From the NCBI GenBank assembly GCA_016699105.1, contig CP064960.1, positions 1,138,715-1,202,714 on the forward strand: a stretch of DNA of 64,000 bases, given 5' to 3'. Below the pieces are notes generated by a model. The model worked only from the letters and a program-made list of their open reading frames with translations, had not been told where the DNA came from and ran no database searches. The DNA comes from a bacterium (GTDB lineage: Bacteria > Patescibacteriota > Saccharimonadia > UBA4664). Each line of letters starts with the position of its first letter. Position 1 is the first letter of the stretch. Shown in pieces: positions 1 through 10,332 of this stretch. The position numbers were made by a program, and so were the translations under genes.

Positions 1-174
1 GGGCGTTAGCATCGTCGGCGGCCGATTGGGCTTCCTCGGCTTCAGTGCGGGCAGCGTCGACTTCGGCTTGAGCATCGGTAATTTGCTGGCGGACATTTTC
101 GGCTTCTTCGCGTAATTGAGCAGCCTGATCTTCAGCTGCCCGGGCTTCATCGTCTAAATCATCAGCCTTGGCCA
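1..174 (-). CDS. Partial CDS for the N-terminus of an acidic coiled-coil protein; it continues past the window start
   Basis: The reverse complement from the ATG at 174 reads MAKADDLDDEARAAEDQAAQLREEAENVRQQITDAQAEVDAARTEAEEAQSAADDANA. A GGAGGA ribosome-binding site lies 6 nt upstream. There is no stop inside the window. Confidence 0.4.
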
Positions 175-269
175 TTTCGAATCCTCCGGTAAGTGGAAAT
201 TAATCTTAACGTACCCTGGGTGAATCGGCCATGTGCAATCCTACAAGTAATTTAGGTGGCTTGGCGGCA

Positions 270-2282
270 TTAACGGCCGCGAGCAGCTTTGCGAGGAACT
301 TTGTTGGTAGTCTCTTTGATCTCGGAGATTTGGTCACGCAGCAAAGCGGCTTTTTCGAACTGGAGGTTGCCGGCTGCAAGCTCCATTTGCTCGGTTAATT
401 CTTTTACCATGCGCGCCCGGTCTTCTTTGGGAATATCGGCGGGATTGAATTCACGGACATCGGCCGTTTCAGCTTCCACTTCGGCGCGCATGCGCTCACC
501 CATGGCCTTTTTGATACCTTCGGGCGTGATGCCATATTCGACATTGTAAGCTTCTTGGATCTGGCGCCGCGCTTGGGTAGTGTCGATGGCATAGGTCATG
601 GAATCGGTCATTTTGTCGGCGTACATGATGACACGGCCTTCCACGTGTCGGGCAGCTCGCCCAATGGTCTGCACGAGGGCCGCTTTGCCCCGCAAGAAGC
701 CTTCTTTGTCGGCATCAAGTATGGCTACGAGTGAGACTTCGGGTAGATCCAATCCTTCGCGGAGTAGATTGATACCGACGACAACGTCATAGACACCCGC
801 TCGTAGGTCCTGGAGAATGTCGATGCGGTCAAGGGTTTGGACTTCCGAGTGTAAGTATTGCACCAAAATACCGGCTTCCTTCAGGTATTCAGTGAGGTCT
901 TCGGCCATGCGTTTGGTCAGTGTTGTCACGAGCACGCGTTGATGTTTGGCAACGGTGGCTTTGATTTCAGCTACCAAATCATCTATCTGATGTTCAATTG
1001 GCTTGACCTGGATTATGGGATCAAGCAAACCAGTTGGGCGGATGACTTGTTCGACAATTTGGGACGAGTGCGACAGTTCATAATCGCTGGGCGTGGCCGA
1101 TACATAGACGAGTTGATTGACGTGACGATCGAATTCGGCGAATTTGAGAGGCCGGTTATCTAAGGCACTCGGTAATCTGAAACCATAGTCCACCAGTGTT
1201 TCCTTACGAGCGCGGTCGCCATTATACATGCCCCGGATTTGCGGAATAGTGATATGGGACTCGTCCACAAACATCATGAAATCATCTGGGAAGTAGTCGA
1301 GTAATGTCGCTGGTTGCTCACCCGCTTCGCGTTCACCCAAATAGCGGGAATAATTCTCGATACCTTGCACCATACCGGTTTCGGCCAGCATTTCCATATC
1401 GTATTTAGTGCGCTGTTCGAGGCGTTGAGCTTCGAGCAGCTTACCTTCACCTTTAAACTGAATGAGCCGGTTTGTTAATTCTTCGCCAATCTTTTGGACG
1501 GCCACTTGGAGCTTTTCTTGAGGGGTTACATGATGCTTAGCCGGAAAAATCTTCAAGGATTGGCGGTCGGAAAGCATTTCACCGGTCAGTGGGTCGATTT
1601 GGCGGATGCGTTCGAGTTCGTCACCGAAGAATTCCAGCCGGAAAGCTGTTTCGTCACCAATGGGAAAAATATCGACCACGTCACCGCGAACTCGGAAATT
1701 GCCGCGGGCAAAATCGATGTCGTTGCGCTGATATTGGATGTCGGTGAGCTGGCGTAGGAGTTTGTCGCGCAATCGGCGCTCCCCGACGGCTAGATCGACG
1801 GTCATGGCCGTATAATCACTGACATTACCAAGACCGTAAATACAGCTAACTGAAGCCACGATTAGGACATCACGGCGAGTTAGAAGACTCATGGTAGCTG
1901 CGTGGCGTAGGCGGTCAATTTCATCGTTGATAGAGGAATCTTTTTCGATGAAAGTATCTGAGCGCGGGATATAGGCTTCGGGTTGGTAGTAATCGTAATA
2001 ACTAACAAAATATTGGACGGCGTTTTCGGGGAAAAATTGCCGGAATTCGGTATAGAGCTGGGCGGCTAGGGTTTTGTTGTGCGACAACACCAAGGTCGGG
2101 CGCTGGAGCTCTTGTACGATATTGGCCATGGTAAACGTCTTACCAGAGCCAGTCACACCCAGGAGGGTTTGTTCACGATCACCTGCTTTAATGCCCGCAA
2201 TGAGCTTGGCGATAGCTTGGGGCTGGTCACCAGAGGGTTGGTACGAACTGGCAAGCTTAAATAATTGGCTGGATTCGGACAT
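270..2282 (-). CDS. uvrB: Excinuclease ABC subunit B
   Basis: 670 aa ORF. The N-terminus has the UvrB signature [12 protein letters not shown] and a Walker A motif GVTGSGKT. Helicase motifs and the C-terminal UvrB/UvrC interaction region are present. Confidence 0.95.
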   Translation of the reverse strand: MSESSQLFKLASSYQPSGDQPQAIAKLIAGIKAGDREQTLLGVTGSGKTFTMANIVQELQRPTLVLSHNKTLAAQLYTEFRQFFPENAVQYFVSYYDYYQPEAYIPRSDTFIEKDSSINDEIDRLRHAATMSLLTRRDVLIVASVSCIYGLGNVSDYTAMTVDLAVGERRLRDKLLRQLTDIQYQRNDIDFARGNFRVRGDVVDIFPIGDETAFRLEFFGDELERIRQIDPLTGEMLSDRQSLKIFPAKHHVTPQEKLQVAVQKIGEELTNRLIQFKGEGKLLEAQRLEQRTKYDMEMLAETGMVQGIENYSRYLGEREAGEQPATLLDYFPDDFMMFVDESHITIPQIRGMYNGDRARKETLVDYGFRLPSALDNRPLKFAEFDRHVNQLVYVSATPSDYELSHSSQIVEQVIRPTGLLDPIIQVKPIEHQIDDLVAEIKATVAKHQRVLVTTLTKRMAEDLTEYLKEAGILVQYLHSEVQTLDRIDILQDLRAGVYDVVVGINLLREGLDLPEVSLVAILDADKEGFLRGKAALVQTIGRAARHVEGRVIMYADKMTDSMTYAIDTTQARRQIQEAYNVEYGITPEGIKKAMGERMRAEVEAETADVREFNPADIPKEDRARMVKELTEQMELAAGNLQFEKAALLRDQISEIKETTNKVPRKAARGR

Positions 2283-2323
2283 GACTGCATTGTACAGGAG
2301 GGTATCGCGTCTGAGCTAGGTCT

Positions 2324-3028
2324 TTAGTACTTGAGACTTTCGACTATCGAAATAATGTCTTTGATGTCAGTGGAATCTTTATATTGGTCAAGCGGTTTGG
2401 GTGATAATACGCGCTGACCGTTGGACTCGGCTGAAGTAATGGCAATATAGATTGGCCGCATTTTGGAGGTAGTCGTCGGGTCGGCAATGTTTTTACCCGT
2501 CACTAAGCCCATGAACTCATTTTTTATGTCGGTAATTGCAATGGTTTTGACAAGATTTGATTTGTCAGTGTCAATGAAATTTACATACGCTTGACGACCG
2601 AGCATGGTGATTGACTGTTCAAGAAGAACCTTACAATCTTGGCAACCACCACCAAGTTGACTTGCTCCAGTCAAAATTTCTAGTTGAGTACCAGCCGGAC
2701 TTTTGAAAACGAGCTTATCACTAGGCCCAACACCTGTATTGTCGGCCGCAATGGCTGAGTTTTGGAGTGACCAACTAGTCGGATACGAACCTGAAAATTT
2801 CTCATATTTAGTGGTAAATGATGTACGAGTTGCTGGTGATGGTGACGACGAAACTGCCGAAGATGAAGCCGCAGGAGTAGCTGAACTAGTCGGCTGACTT
2901 GATTTGCGTTTGTCTTGGGCATTGGAATAGGCAAAATACACTCCAGTACCCAACAATACAAGTGCAATTACAGTGATTATTATTGTGCTTGCGTCGCCGC
3001 GTTGATTCATATTCGCCATGTTGTTCAC
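2324..3028 (-). CDS. Hypothetical membrane-anchored extracellular protein with a Ser/Thr/Pro-rich linker
   Basis: 234 aa. One N-terminal TM helix (IIITVIALVLLGTGVYFAY) is followed by a low-complexity S/T/P region and a C-terminal globular part. I recognise no family. Confidence 0.5.
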   Translation of the reverse strand: MNNMANMNQRGDASTIIITVIALVLLGTGVYFAYSNAQDKRKSSQPTSSATPAASSSAVSSSPSPATRTSFTTKYEKFSGSYPTSWSLQNSAIAADNTGVGPSDKLVFKSPAGTQLEILTGASQLGGGCQDCKVLLEQSITMLGRQAYVNFIDTDKSNLVKTIAITDIKNEFMGLVTGKNIADPTTTSKMRPIYIAITSAESNGQRVLSPKPLDQYKDSTDIKDIISIVESLKY

Positions 3029-3131
3029 CTTTTATCCTTGACTAAATTATAACACCTCAGCTTCACGTATATATAAGTTTTTCCATGGCAACAACCATGA
3101 ATCGTTTCTATTTGCTCATTCGATTTTGAAT

Positions 3132-3734
3132 CTATGTGTGCGATATGCCATGGGCAGCATCATTGCGTAGACAGAGTTCATGTCGCAAGAGCGCATCGTC
3201 GGCCACCTCGCTGGGATTGGGAGCTTTTTCGAAGATGAACTTCTCGACTTCACCAGCCGACTGAATCATGACATCGCCATAATTGAATAAGGTTTGCAGA
3301 ATGCCTTTTTTGTGTCCCGAAACATCTTCAACGTTGCGGAAGTTGAGCTGAGAAACCCGGCGGCCAAAAAGCCCGACCTGGTGGACATATATTAAATGTA
3401 CGTTAGTGAATATAAGGACATTGTGACGATACGTATAATAGGACACCAACAGAATGGTGACTGCCAGTAATGATGTAATGAGCATGAGAGACAGCAATAT
3501 TGAGGGCGGAAAAGGTATGGTCTCAGGAAAATTACCCATAGCATAGCCGATAAGAAGTGAGAACATTTCTAAACCGATGGCGCCAAAGATGGCTGGCAAT
3601 AGCGCAAAGGGATGCTGATAGACCAGGCGACGGACAGTTTCGCCGGCATCGAGAGATACACCTATTGGGAATGGTAGTTCAAGCGGAGTTGTACTGTCGT
3701 GGGGAGCGTTGAGGGGAGTTGCCGTGGGTACCAT
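3132..3734 (-). CDS. Membrane protein with a bacterial PH-like (DUF304/YdbT-type) C-terminal domain
   Basis: 200 aa. Two TM helices are followed by a segment resembling bPH_2 (NVHLIYVHQVGLFGRRVSQLNFRNVEDV...GDVMIQSAG). The family call comes from reading the motif, not from a search. Confidence 0.45.
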   Translation of the reverse strand: MVPTATPLNAPHDSTTPLELPFPIGVSLDAGETVRRLVYQHPFALLPAIFGAIGLEMFSLLIGYAMGNFPETIPFPPSILLSLMLITSLLAVTILLVSYYTYRHNVLIFTNVHLIYVHQVGLFGRRVSQLNFRNVEDVSGHKKGILQTLFNYGDVMIQSAGEVEKFIFEKAPNPSEVADDALLRHELCLRNDAAHGISHT

Positions 3735-3774
3735 AATGTTTTGATTATGCGCGTCCAGTGATTCGACGTCTAGT

Positions 3775-4890
3775 TTAACCGACTGTCCCGATACCCGAGA
3801 CTGCTAGTACGAGGATTACAATCGCTAGTCCGGCTAACTGACCAGCTGCAAAGAGTTTGTAATGATTTTGGTGCCAACGGTGCAGTCCTTTGTACCAGAC
3901 GGTGATATGGGTGGCTAGATAGACCAGGAAGAGTAGTAATAATATTCCGAGCGTGACAAGTGTTCCCCAATTGAGTGACTTGATGAGGGCTAAGGGCGCA
4001 AAGAGACTCTTGTTGGCCGAAACTGGCGCTGCATCAGCCGTTTGGAGCTCAGATGGCGGTTTCACAGTCGGAGTGGGGCTGACTTGAGCGATAATTGGGG
4101 TGGGACTGGGGGGGGTTGCCGTGGGTGTAGGAGTAGGTACTGGCGTGGGCGTGGCACTACTGCGCGCTGGTGCAGGTGTGGCGGTGCGAACGGCAACCTT
4201 GGGAGTAGCGGTTGGCTTGGGCGTGACGGTCGGCGCAGGATTGGCTGCCGTGGCGCCATAGTGAGCAACCACCAGTGTTGTTTGACCACCTACAAGGGTA
4301 CCATTTTGGACTGCAAATCCGATTTGGGTGTAATTGGCATTCAAGATATTGGCTTTATGGCCAGCCGAATTCATCCAGCCTTGCACGGTACCGGCAGACG
4401 TATCAAAATCTTTGGCTAAGTTTTCACCAGCATAGGTATAAGGGTAATTGGCTTGAGTAAACCAATGCCATGGCTGTAAACCACTGGGAGATACGTGCGC
4501 CCAATAATTTTCGGCAAACATATTGGCGGCTTTGAGGCTGGCGGATTGGTTGAGCCGGGTATCAAGAGTGAGTGCTGGCAGTCCGACAGCGGTACGTTCG
4601 GCATTGGTGCGAGTGAGTAAATCATTGGCGTTGATACTGGTGGCATAACCAAGCACCGCGCCTGAACCCAGTAATAAGTTAGCAGAAACCTGCACCACCA
4701 GCACCAGGGCGGCTACCGCGGCTAAGCCATGACGCCGGATAAGATGAGGACGGTGATCATTGTGAGCGTGCGGCACCAACCAATGTCGGGAATGGTGCAA
4801 TATTTTGTGATGCAACCGCATCTTTGATGTTGTTTGTTTTTTGGACATATATATTTCATTGTACACCAAAAAACCGGCTGCCAAGGGCAA
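3775..4890 (-). CDS. Secreted CAP/SCP-domain (YkwD-like) protein with a Pro/Thr linker and C-terminal TM helices
   Basis: 371 aa. It has an N-terminal signal/TM, a CAP-domain core (GENLAKDF...GHKANILNANYTQIGFAV), a long PTPTPT linker and two C-terminal hydrophobic helices. Confidence 0.7.
   Translation of the reverse strand: MPLAAGFLVYNEIYMSKKQTTSKMRLHHKILHHSRHWLVPHAHNDHRPHLIRRHGLAAVAALVLVVQVSANLLLGSGAVLGYATSINANDLLTRTNAERTAVGLPALTLDTRLNQSASLKAANMFAENYWAHVSPSGLQPWHWFTQANYPYTYAGENLAKDFDTSAGTVQGWMNSAGHKANILNANYTQIGFAVQNGTLVGGQTTLVVAHYGATAANPAPTVTPKPTATPKVAVRTATPAPARSSATPTPVPTPTPTATPPSPTPIIAQVSPTPTVKPPSELQTADAAPVSANKSLFAPLALIKSLNWGTLVTLGILLLLFLVYLATHITVWYKGLHRWHQNHYKLFAAGQLAGLAIVILVLAVSGIGTVG
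4105..4260. repeat. Low-complexity GC-rich tract encoding a Pro/Thr linker (PTPTPT) inside the CAP-domain gene
   Basis: Tandem ggtgt/ggcgt-type repeats that translate on the minus strand to TPTPVPTPTPTATPPSPTP. Confidence 0.6.
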
Positions 4891-4923
4891 ACCGGTTGAT
4901 TGGATTATTTTAGGGGGAAAATG

Positions 4924-5625
4924 TTACTTTTTGAGATTGAATCGTTGGCGGACGTAGGCACCAATGGTGCCAGTCATAGCCGTCAGTCCGACGAAAGCCA
5001 TGAAGCCTTCAGGACCGGTGGCAGGCAACGTCTCGCCGGCACCGGTGTCGTCACCGAGTACGGTGGGAGTGGTGGTAGGGCTTGGTGTCACCGAAGGCGT
5101 AACCTTGGGTGTAGGCGTCACTTTGGGTGTAGGTGTGGGCGTAGGGCTGACACAACTACCAGTGCGGCCAAAGATTTTGCCACCGATGTATTGGCCACTA
5201 TCACCATCAAGTGTCTTGATTTCGTCGATTACCGGTGGGTAATAGAAATCTAGTTGGGTGTTTTGGCATTCAGCTGGTACACCGACATTAATTTTCTTGG
5301 TGACATTTTTCTGATTGCCAGGGAATACAAAGGTAGTACTGGCGTACATTTTTTGGGGTAATGCAGTTTGGTTAAACTTATTGCCATCATAGGTGTCAGG
5401 CAAAGTAAAACTTTCGAGCACCAAAGTGGTATCAGCACACAGGGGAGCACCGTTCTTGGTAGAAATAGTGCCGGTTCCGCGAGTGAAACCAACATCGTAG
5501 CTGGTTTTGAGGTCACCATCTAAACAAGCTTGTGTCGAACCAGCTTGAACAGGCATGGGGGTAAAAACTACAGCGGCGCTCAACAGCAGACCGACAGCAG
5601 TCAAAGATGCATTTAATTTAATCAT
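4924..5625 (-). CDS. LPXTG-motif cell-wall-anchored surface protein (sortase substrate)
   Basis: 233 aa with an N-terminal signal peptide and a PT-rich linker. The C-terminal sorting signal is LPATG, then a hydrophobic stretch, then a basic tail (RQRFNLKK). Confidence 0.75.
   Translation of the reverse strand: MIKLNASLTAVGLLLSAAVVFTPMPVQAGSTQACLDGDLKTSYDVGFTRGTGTISTKNGAPLCADTTLVLESFTLPDTYDGNKFNQTALPQKMYASTTFVFPGNQKNVTKKINVGVPAECQNTQLDFYYPPVIDEIKTLDGDSGQYIGGKIFGRTGSCVSPTPTPTPKVTPTPKVTPSVTPSPTTTPTVLGDDTGAGETLPATGPEGFMAFVGLTAMTGTIGAYVRQRFNLKK
5040..5170. repeat. Pro/Thr-linker-coding tandem repeat inside the LPXTG gene
   Basis: ggtgtaggcgtcactttgggtgtaggtgtgggcgtaggg repeats, which encode TPTPTPKVTPTPKVTP on the minus strand. 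Confidence 0.6.
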
Positions 5626-5893
5626 GATTTATAATCTCCTCCTCAGAAATTGAGTGATGTTTTTATATTATCATAGCTTTAGCATTTTGTCAATAGCTAT
5701 ATCTGGATAATAAACGAAATACCCCTTGTTTCGCTGAAATCTGTCGCTGGCGGCAACAAATTGTGAGCAAAACAAGGGGTGGGCGTACAGATTTGACTGG
5801 TGATGTTGTCGATTGTGACACATCAATCCCCTTTCCCATAAAGGTGGCGACCAGTCGGTACGGGCGGGGCATTACCTGGCTGGCAATGCAATA

Positions 5894-6151
5894 TCATCCA
5901 GCGCGGCGGGCGCGAGCATTGCGGCGTTTGAGCGCCCGGCGTTCATCTTCACTGTGACCACCCCAAACGCCGGCGTCGTCGCCTTTATCCAATGCTTGAC
6001 GTAAGCAGATGTCAATCACTTCGCAGCGGCGACAGACTTCTTTGGCTTCTTCGATCTGAAGCAAGGCCGGACCGGTGTTTCCGATGGGGAAGAACAGCTC
6101 GGGATCCTCATCGAGGCAGGCGGCGCGGTTTCGCCAATCCATGGTATTCAC
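5894..6151 (-). CDS. WhiB-family (Wbl) Fe-S transcriptional regulator
   Basis: 85 aa. It has the four conserved Cys (C..., CRRC, C) and the WhiB core G[VI]WGG (GVWGG). The C-terminal tail is basic. Confidence 0.85.
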   Translation of the reverse strand: MNTMDWRNRAACLDEDPELFFPIGNTGPALLQIEEAKEVCRRCEVIDICLRQALDKGDDAGVWGGHSEDERRALKRRNARARRAG

Positions 6152-6222
6152 CTCCTTTCATTGAGGTGGATGGGTACGCTCACCTAGGGGTGAGTTAAAC
6201 CTATTATGACACAAATGTTGCT

Positions 6223-6779
6223 TTATCGGCAATCGTGAGTGACGGTGGAGATCTTAAAACTAACAGGCTCGATCAGTTTGGGGGTTTGGATAATGAGGTA
6301 ACGGTTGCTCGGCCGTGAGATGACTGGACACATTGGCCCTGGAGTTTGCTCGACAAAGCTGATACTCGAACCGGTTTGGCTCGTTAAAACGGCTGTTGAT
6401 CGCAAAGAGTAACCATCAGTTGCTTGGTTACCTTGGACAAAAGCGACCACATCATGGTCACTAAAATCGACCGGAATCAGCGGTGGTTGAGTGTTGGTGC
6501 CGGCATGAACTTTCTGCCAAAACGATTGCCAATCGTTGGAGTTGGTTAATAGAAATTGCCCACGGTCAAAATTGGTGGCTAAATCGCCATCGACTAGAAT
6601 CTGAAAGCATTGGTAGTGAAGGCCGGTCCATTTGCTGCCATATTTTGGACGGGACCGGTGTAGTTTTGGTTGCCGGGTCCTCGACAAACAGGCGGCTCCG
6701 TATCAGTAACTACATAACCGGCAGCCGTACAGGAAGCGTAGTCAGTCACAGTGTCAGAGTGGCCAGGTTTAGTGTCCAT
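6223..6779 (-). CDS. Hypothetical protein, apparently split by a frameshift (ORFs 6594..6779 and 6223..6687)
   Basis: Two overlapping minus-strand ORFs in different frames. I recognise no family. The merge is a guess from the overlap. Confidence 0.3.
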
Positions 6780-6863
6780 AAGATAACAAGCACAATTATT
6801 GCCATCGATGCGACAACAATTAAGTGGCGCTGTACCATAGTGACTACAACTCGACTGTCAGAT

Positions 6864-7450
6864 CAGGAAGCCGCCGTGATCGTACTTCGATGAGCTGGAG
6901 CAACCTTTCAACAAGCAGCGTCGGGCTATGATCAAAAATTAGTCCAGCCCGACTGCGCTTGGCGGCTTTGAGGACATCTTCGACCTCTTCGGTCATGCCA
7001 CCGAGCCCAAAAGCACACCAATGGGCTTGCGTTCCTCGATGGCAATCGTCAATTCGTTGAGGGTTCCGATGCGGCCGCCGACCATGACGACGGCGTCACT
7101 TGATCGGATGAGTAGTAAATTGCGGCGGTATGTTCGAACCCAGTAAACAAGACTGTATCAAATGGGTCTAAAGGCAGGCGATATTTTTGACATGTGCTAG
7201 CCGACTGGCAGCAGGCGAGAAGCCAGATTGAGGTTATATTGGTACCACCGGCAACTTTGGCAGCCAAAGCCCCATAATACGGTAGCCCCCGGGTAGCACC
7301 AGTTGTCACAATGTGTCCCCGGCGGACAATTTCACGGGCAGCTGCCATACATAGGTCTTTGCCGGTTTCAATTGACGCACCGCGCGCTGCACCTGATATA
7401 CAGATTTGATAGCGCAGATCGTGCGCTTTGCTGGCAGAAATTTTGGTCAT
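6864..7450 (-). CDS. LOG/TIGR00725-family Rossmann-fold protein, frameshifted
   Basis: The N-terminal ORF (7049..7450) has CISGAARG...GHIVTTGATRG. The C-terminal part appears in another frame (about 6864..7090) as GGRIGTLNELTIAIEERKPIGVLLG. At least two frame changes are needed to join them. Confidence 0.5.
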
Positions 7451-8688
7451 GTCCGGACCAATCGCTCGGGTGCGATCACAGAATTGTTGAGCTTTTCGAG
7501 TAGTTGCTCTTCGAGAACTTTTTCACCGAGATAGCGGGCAAATACTTCATTCCACAAGGCTTCGCGGAAATGATAAAGATAGCGGTCGGCGTACTCAATA
7601 CCGTTGGAATATCCAAGGCTAAGATCCATGAGATTGAAGGTTACAGGTTCGTGGGCGGGACCTTTGGCGACGGCCACATAATCCATTTCGTGCCAAAATT
7701 CGAGTTCGGGAGCCAGCTTGTACAAGACACTTTCAGCCCGCCGCCAGTGCAAGTCTTCCGGTTGCAGATGAGGCTCGAAGATTTCCGGATGTGTTTCGGT
7801 GGTCAATTTACCGAAATAACGCTGAATCACGCGCCAATGGATATGTAGCGAGTCGGTTATTTTAACGTGAGCCGGGTCGGCAATGAGCGTGTCCGAGATG
7901 ATGGCGCCAAAGTTTTGCTTGGTTTGCATGAGCTTGAAAAAGCTCGAGTATAATCTGATCTCGTTATAATAATGCAGCAGTAACGGTAGCACTTTGAGTG
8001 TAATGCCGCGCATAGTTTCGGCTTTCATGGGCATAATAGCGATGGCGCCCATTTCTTTGGAGTGGGTAATGTTGTGCCGCTTCTTCTCGATGAAATGCTC
8101 AGCGATATCACCCCATTTGGCAACCGCAAAGGGCACTACTTTGATACGCCGCGACTCAAAGTCCGATGGTTTGAGGTCCAAATATTGACGGTCGAAATTG
8201 TTGAGCCAATCAGCACTTTCAGCAAACCGTAACGCCAGAAACAGTTCATAAATATCTTCTTCATCGAGTAAACGGCTCACTAAATGGTGTCCCAGTCGGT
8301 CCATGATTGCGGTCGGTGGATTGGCGCGTAAGAGATCGCGGGCTTTGGTTTCTTTGAGAAACCAACCGTCTTTGGGCACCGGTGCGGCAGCGGCCGCATC
8401 GGCAATCAGTGGTATCATTTCGGAGACGCTATCAGTATTGTGGCCACCGATGGCTTTGGCGATATGAGTATCATTGATAGCTACTTGCTTGAGGAGGGCA
8501 GTGTAGAGTTCTGGCCCGGTGGCGGTGGCGGCCAGTCCCATATTTTTTGTAGCCATGGCGGCTTTTTCGGCAATTTCAGCAGCCAGCTTAACGTCAACCC
8601 CTTTTTGGTGCGAAATTAATTCGAGCTGATGGAGTGCATGGTCGAATAATGGTTCTTTGGCTTGGAGAAATCGGCCGATGGTACTCAT
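7447..8688 (-). CDS. Hypothetical protein, 413 aa
   Basis: Long intact ORF with a 4-nt overlap to the upstream PfkB gene. I recognise no family from the sequence. Confidence 0.5.
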   Translation of the reverse strand: MSTIGRFLQAKEPLFDHALHQLELISHQKGVDVKLAAEIAEKAAMATKNMGLAATATGPELYTALLKQVAINDTHIAKAIGGHNTDSVSEMIPLIADAAAAAPVPKDGWFLKETKARDLLRANPPTAIMDRLGHHLVSRLLDEEDIYELFLALRFAESADWLNNFDRQYLDLKPSDFESRRIKVVPFAVAKWGDIAEHFIEKKRHNITHSKEMGAIAIMPMKAETMRGITLKVLPLLLHYYNEIRLYSSFFKLMQTKQNFGAIISDTLIADPAHVKITDSLHIHWRVIQRYFGKLTTETHPEIFEPHLQPEDLHWRRAESVLYKLAPELEFWHEMDYVAVAKGPAHEPVTFNLMDLSLGYSNGIEYADRYLYHFREALWNEVFARYLGEKVLEEQLLEKLNNSVIAPERLVRT

Positions 8689-9656
8689 AGTTTGGTCACC
8701 TTTACTTTCATTCGCTTAACTCGAGGGGTTTTGAGGATACCGGCTTTGGCGCCGACTTGCGCTACCACACTGGTGGCGTTGGCACTTCCCAGCGACAATG
8801 CGTCTTCGATACTCAATCCTTTGGCAAGGGCCGCTACCAGCCCAGAACCAAAAGCATCGCCGGCACCGGTGCGGTCAACTGCCCGGACTTTAGCGTACAT
8901 GCCAGCCTGATAGAGCTTGCCGGCTACGGCGGCATACGAACCAAGCGGACCATTGGTGCCCACGACGTATGGACATACACCATGAGCTTTGGACACAGTC
9001 TCGGATAAATTGGTCCCGCCAAATATTTGACCCAGTTCTTGGGCGTTACATTTGAGAACGGTGATTAGAGGTAATAGGGCGCGCAATTTTTTCATTTGCG
9101 CTAGTTCACCGTTACCAGGATCGATGGCAACTTGGATGCCGTGATTGTTGGCGTGACGCAGGAGTTTAGCAAGCAAGTCCATATTGCCAGCCAGGGAGCT
9201 GATGTAGAACCAGTCGGCCGCCAGTGTTCGGATAGCAATGTCTTTGGCTTTGAGTTCGTGACTAGCACCGCGGTGCGACAAAATCGTACGTTCGCCATTG
9301 GCGGCAACCATAATAACGGAATAGCCGGTATTTTTCTTGGGGTCCTTGACCAATCGCTCAAGGCCAACCCCTTCCTTGGTGAGCGTCCGGATAACCTCAG
9401 TACCAGCCGGGTCGTGTCCGATTTTGCCCACAAATGCCGCCTCAAAACCTTGACGCGCAAACGTCACGGCAGCATTGGTGGCGCCACCACCCGTATCAAA
9501 AACGATCTGGTCGACGTCGATTTTGGCGCCGAGAGGAAACTGCTCGACATAGTCACGTGTCCGCACATCCCGACGTCCGTGCAGGGATTTACCCATTAAA
9601 AAGACATCTTGGGTGGCCGCCCCAAAGGTAATGATCTTGACTGGAATTTGACTCAT
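8685..9656 (-). CDS. PfkB-family carbohydrate kinase (ribokinase/fructokinase-like)
   Basis: 323 aa. The N-terminal GG motif is TGGGATNAAV and the C-terminal PfkB signature is DRTGAGDAFGSGL. Confidence 0.8.
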   Translation of the reverse strand: MSQIPVKIITFGAATQDVFLMGKSLHGRRDVRTRDYVEQFPLGAKIDVDQIVFDTGGGATNAAVTFARQGFEAAFVGKIGHDPAGTEVIRTLTKEGVGLERLVKDPKKNTGYSVIMVAANGERTILSHRGASHELKAKDIAIRTLAADWFYISSLAGNMDLLAKLLRHANNHGIQVAIDPGNGELAQMKKLRALLPLITVLKCNAQELGQIFGGTNLSETVSKAHGVCPYVVGTNGPLGSYAAVAGKLYQAGMYAKVRAVDRTGAGDAFGSGLVAALAKGLSIEDALSLGSANATSVVAQVGAKAGILKTPRVKRMKVKVTKL

Positions 9657-9811
9657 ACTGGTTATGATAATAACAATTCCACCAACAAATGGGTAGTCAG
9701 ATAGGTCTTAAATTGGAGTATTTGACTTTTAATTGGTGTGATATTCTGATATATTATAGATATCGATGACATCCCGGTCATTGAGCACCAATACATTTGA
9801 GGAGAGAGCTC

Positions 9812-10135
9812 GTGGATCTGGTCAGTGACAATTTTGGGCCACCACGTGATGGTGACCTGGCATGCGAATTTCTGACTGCTCGAACGAGCTATGTTGAAGA
9901 GGCTCTGATGACGATTTTGCCGGCGCTATTTGAGCCGACAGACGTTCGCATCACAGTCGAGATTCGAAGCATGTCAAGTGATTGCATTACGGTTGGAGTG
10001 AACCCACGTTCACATCCCGTTGTCATGCACGCACTGAGCGGTTTTGTTCTGCCGACATGCTGGCAAAATGTTGAACTGTCACAGACGGAAACCCGCCGTC
10101 GTGGCCGTCATGCCCGGCAGCCAGTACTATCATGA
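9812..10135 (+). CDS. Hypothetical protein
   Basis: ORF with a GTG start preceded by GAGGAG 8 nt upstream. The track's TTG at 9797 lacks a ribosome-binding site. No family recognised. Confidence 0.3.
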   Translation: MDLVSDNFGPPRDGDLACEFLTARTSYVEEALMTILPALFEPTDVRITVEIRSMSSDCITVGVNPRSHPVVMHALSGFVLPTCWQNVELSQTETRRRGRHARQPVLS

Positions 10136-10271
10136 TCAACCGATCACCACAGCGCGTGCTTGTTGTCATGACGAGCGCACTCACAAGCTGGCTGGCAACA
10201 GTCGAACGCGCAAGCGTTGATCTGGTGTACCATATCTGGTACGGCCACCCGCGATCGTAAGATCGCCTCTC

Positions 10272-10332
10272 CCCCCTTCTCCCCGCAGGAACCTATTGCG
10301 TCACTTCGTGTGACCAAAGTTCCTGCGGGGAG
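10272..10332 (+). promoter_or_regulatory. Long inverted repeat (nested hairpins) in the 5' region of the lipoprotein gene
   Basis: ctccccgcaggaac ... gttcctgcggggag, with an inner hairpin gtcacttcgtgtgac. An AT-rich tract follows. Confidence 0.35.

Noticed and set aside
289-2319. Several 60-135 aa ORFs on the plus strand inside uvrB: 289..549, 598..792, 858..1163, 1494..1757, 2074..2319
   Set aside because: They are antisense to a confidently identified, intact uvrB. They have no ribosome-binding sites and their composition reflects the opposite-strand codons.
4042-4460. Plus-strand ORFs rich in Gly/Arg/Trp (4042..4419 and 4275..4460)
   Set aside because: They are antisense translations of the PT-linker-coding repeat in the CAP-domain gene. 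The low-complexity sequence produces long spurious ORFs.
5724-5777. Long-loop inverted repeat (ccccttgttt ... aaacaagggg) downstream of whiB, as a possible sRNA
   Set aside because: A 10-bp stem with a roughly 35-nt loop and a weak T tract. It more likely marks the whiB transcript 3' end or is chance. Insufficient evidence for an RNA gene.
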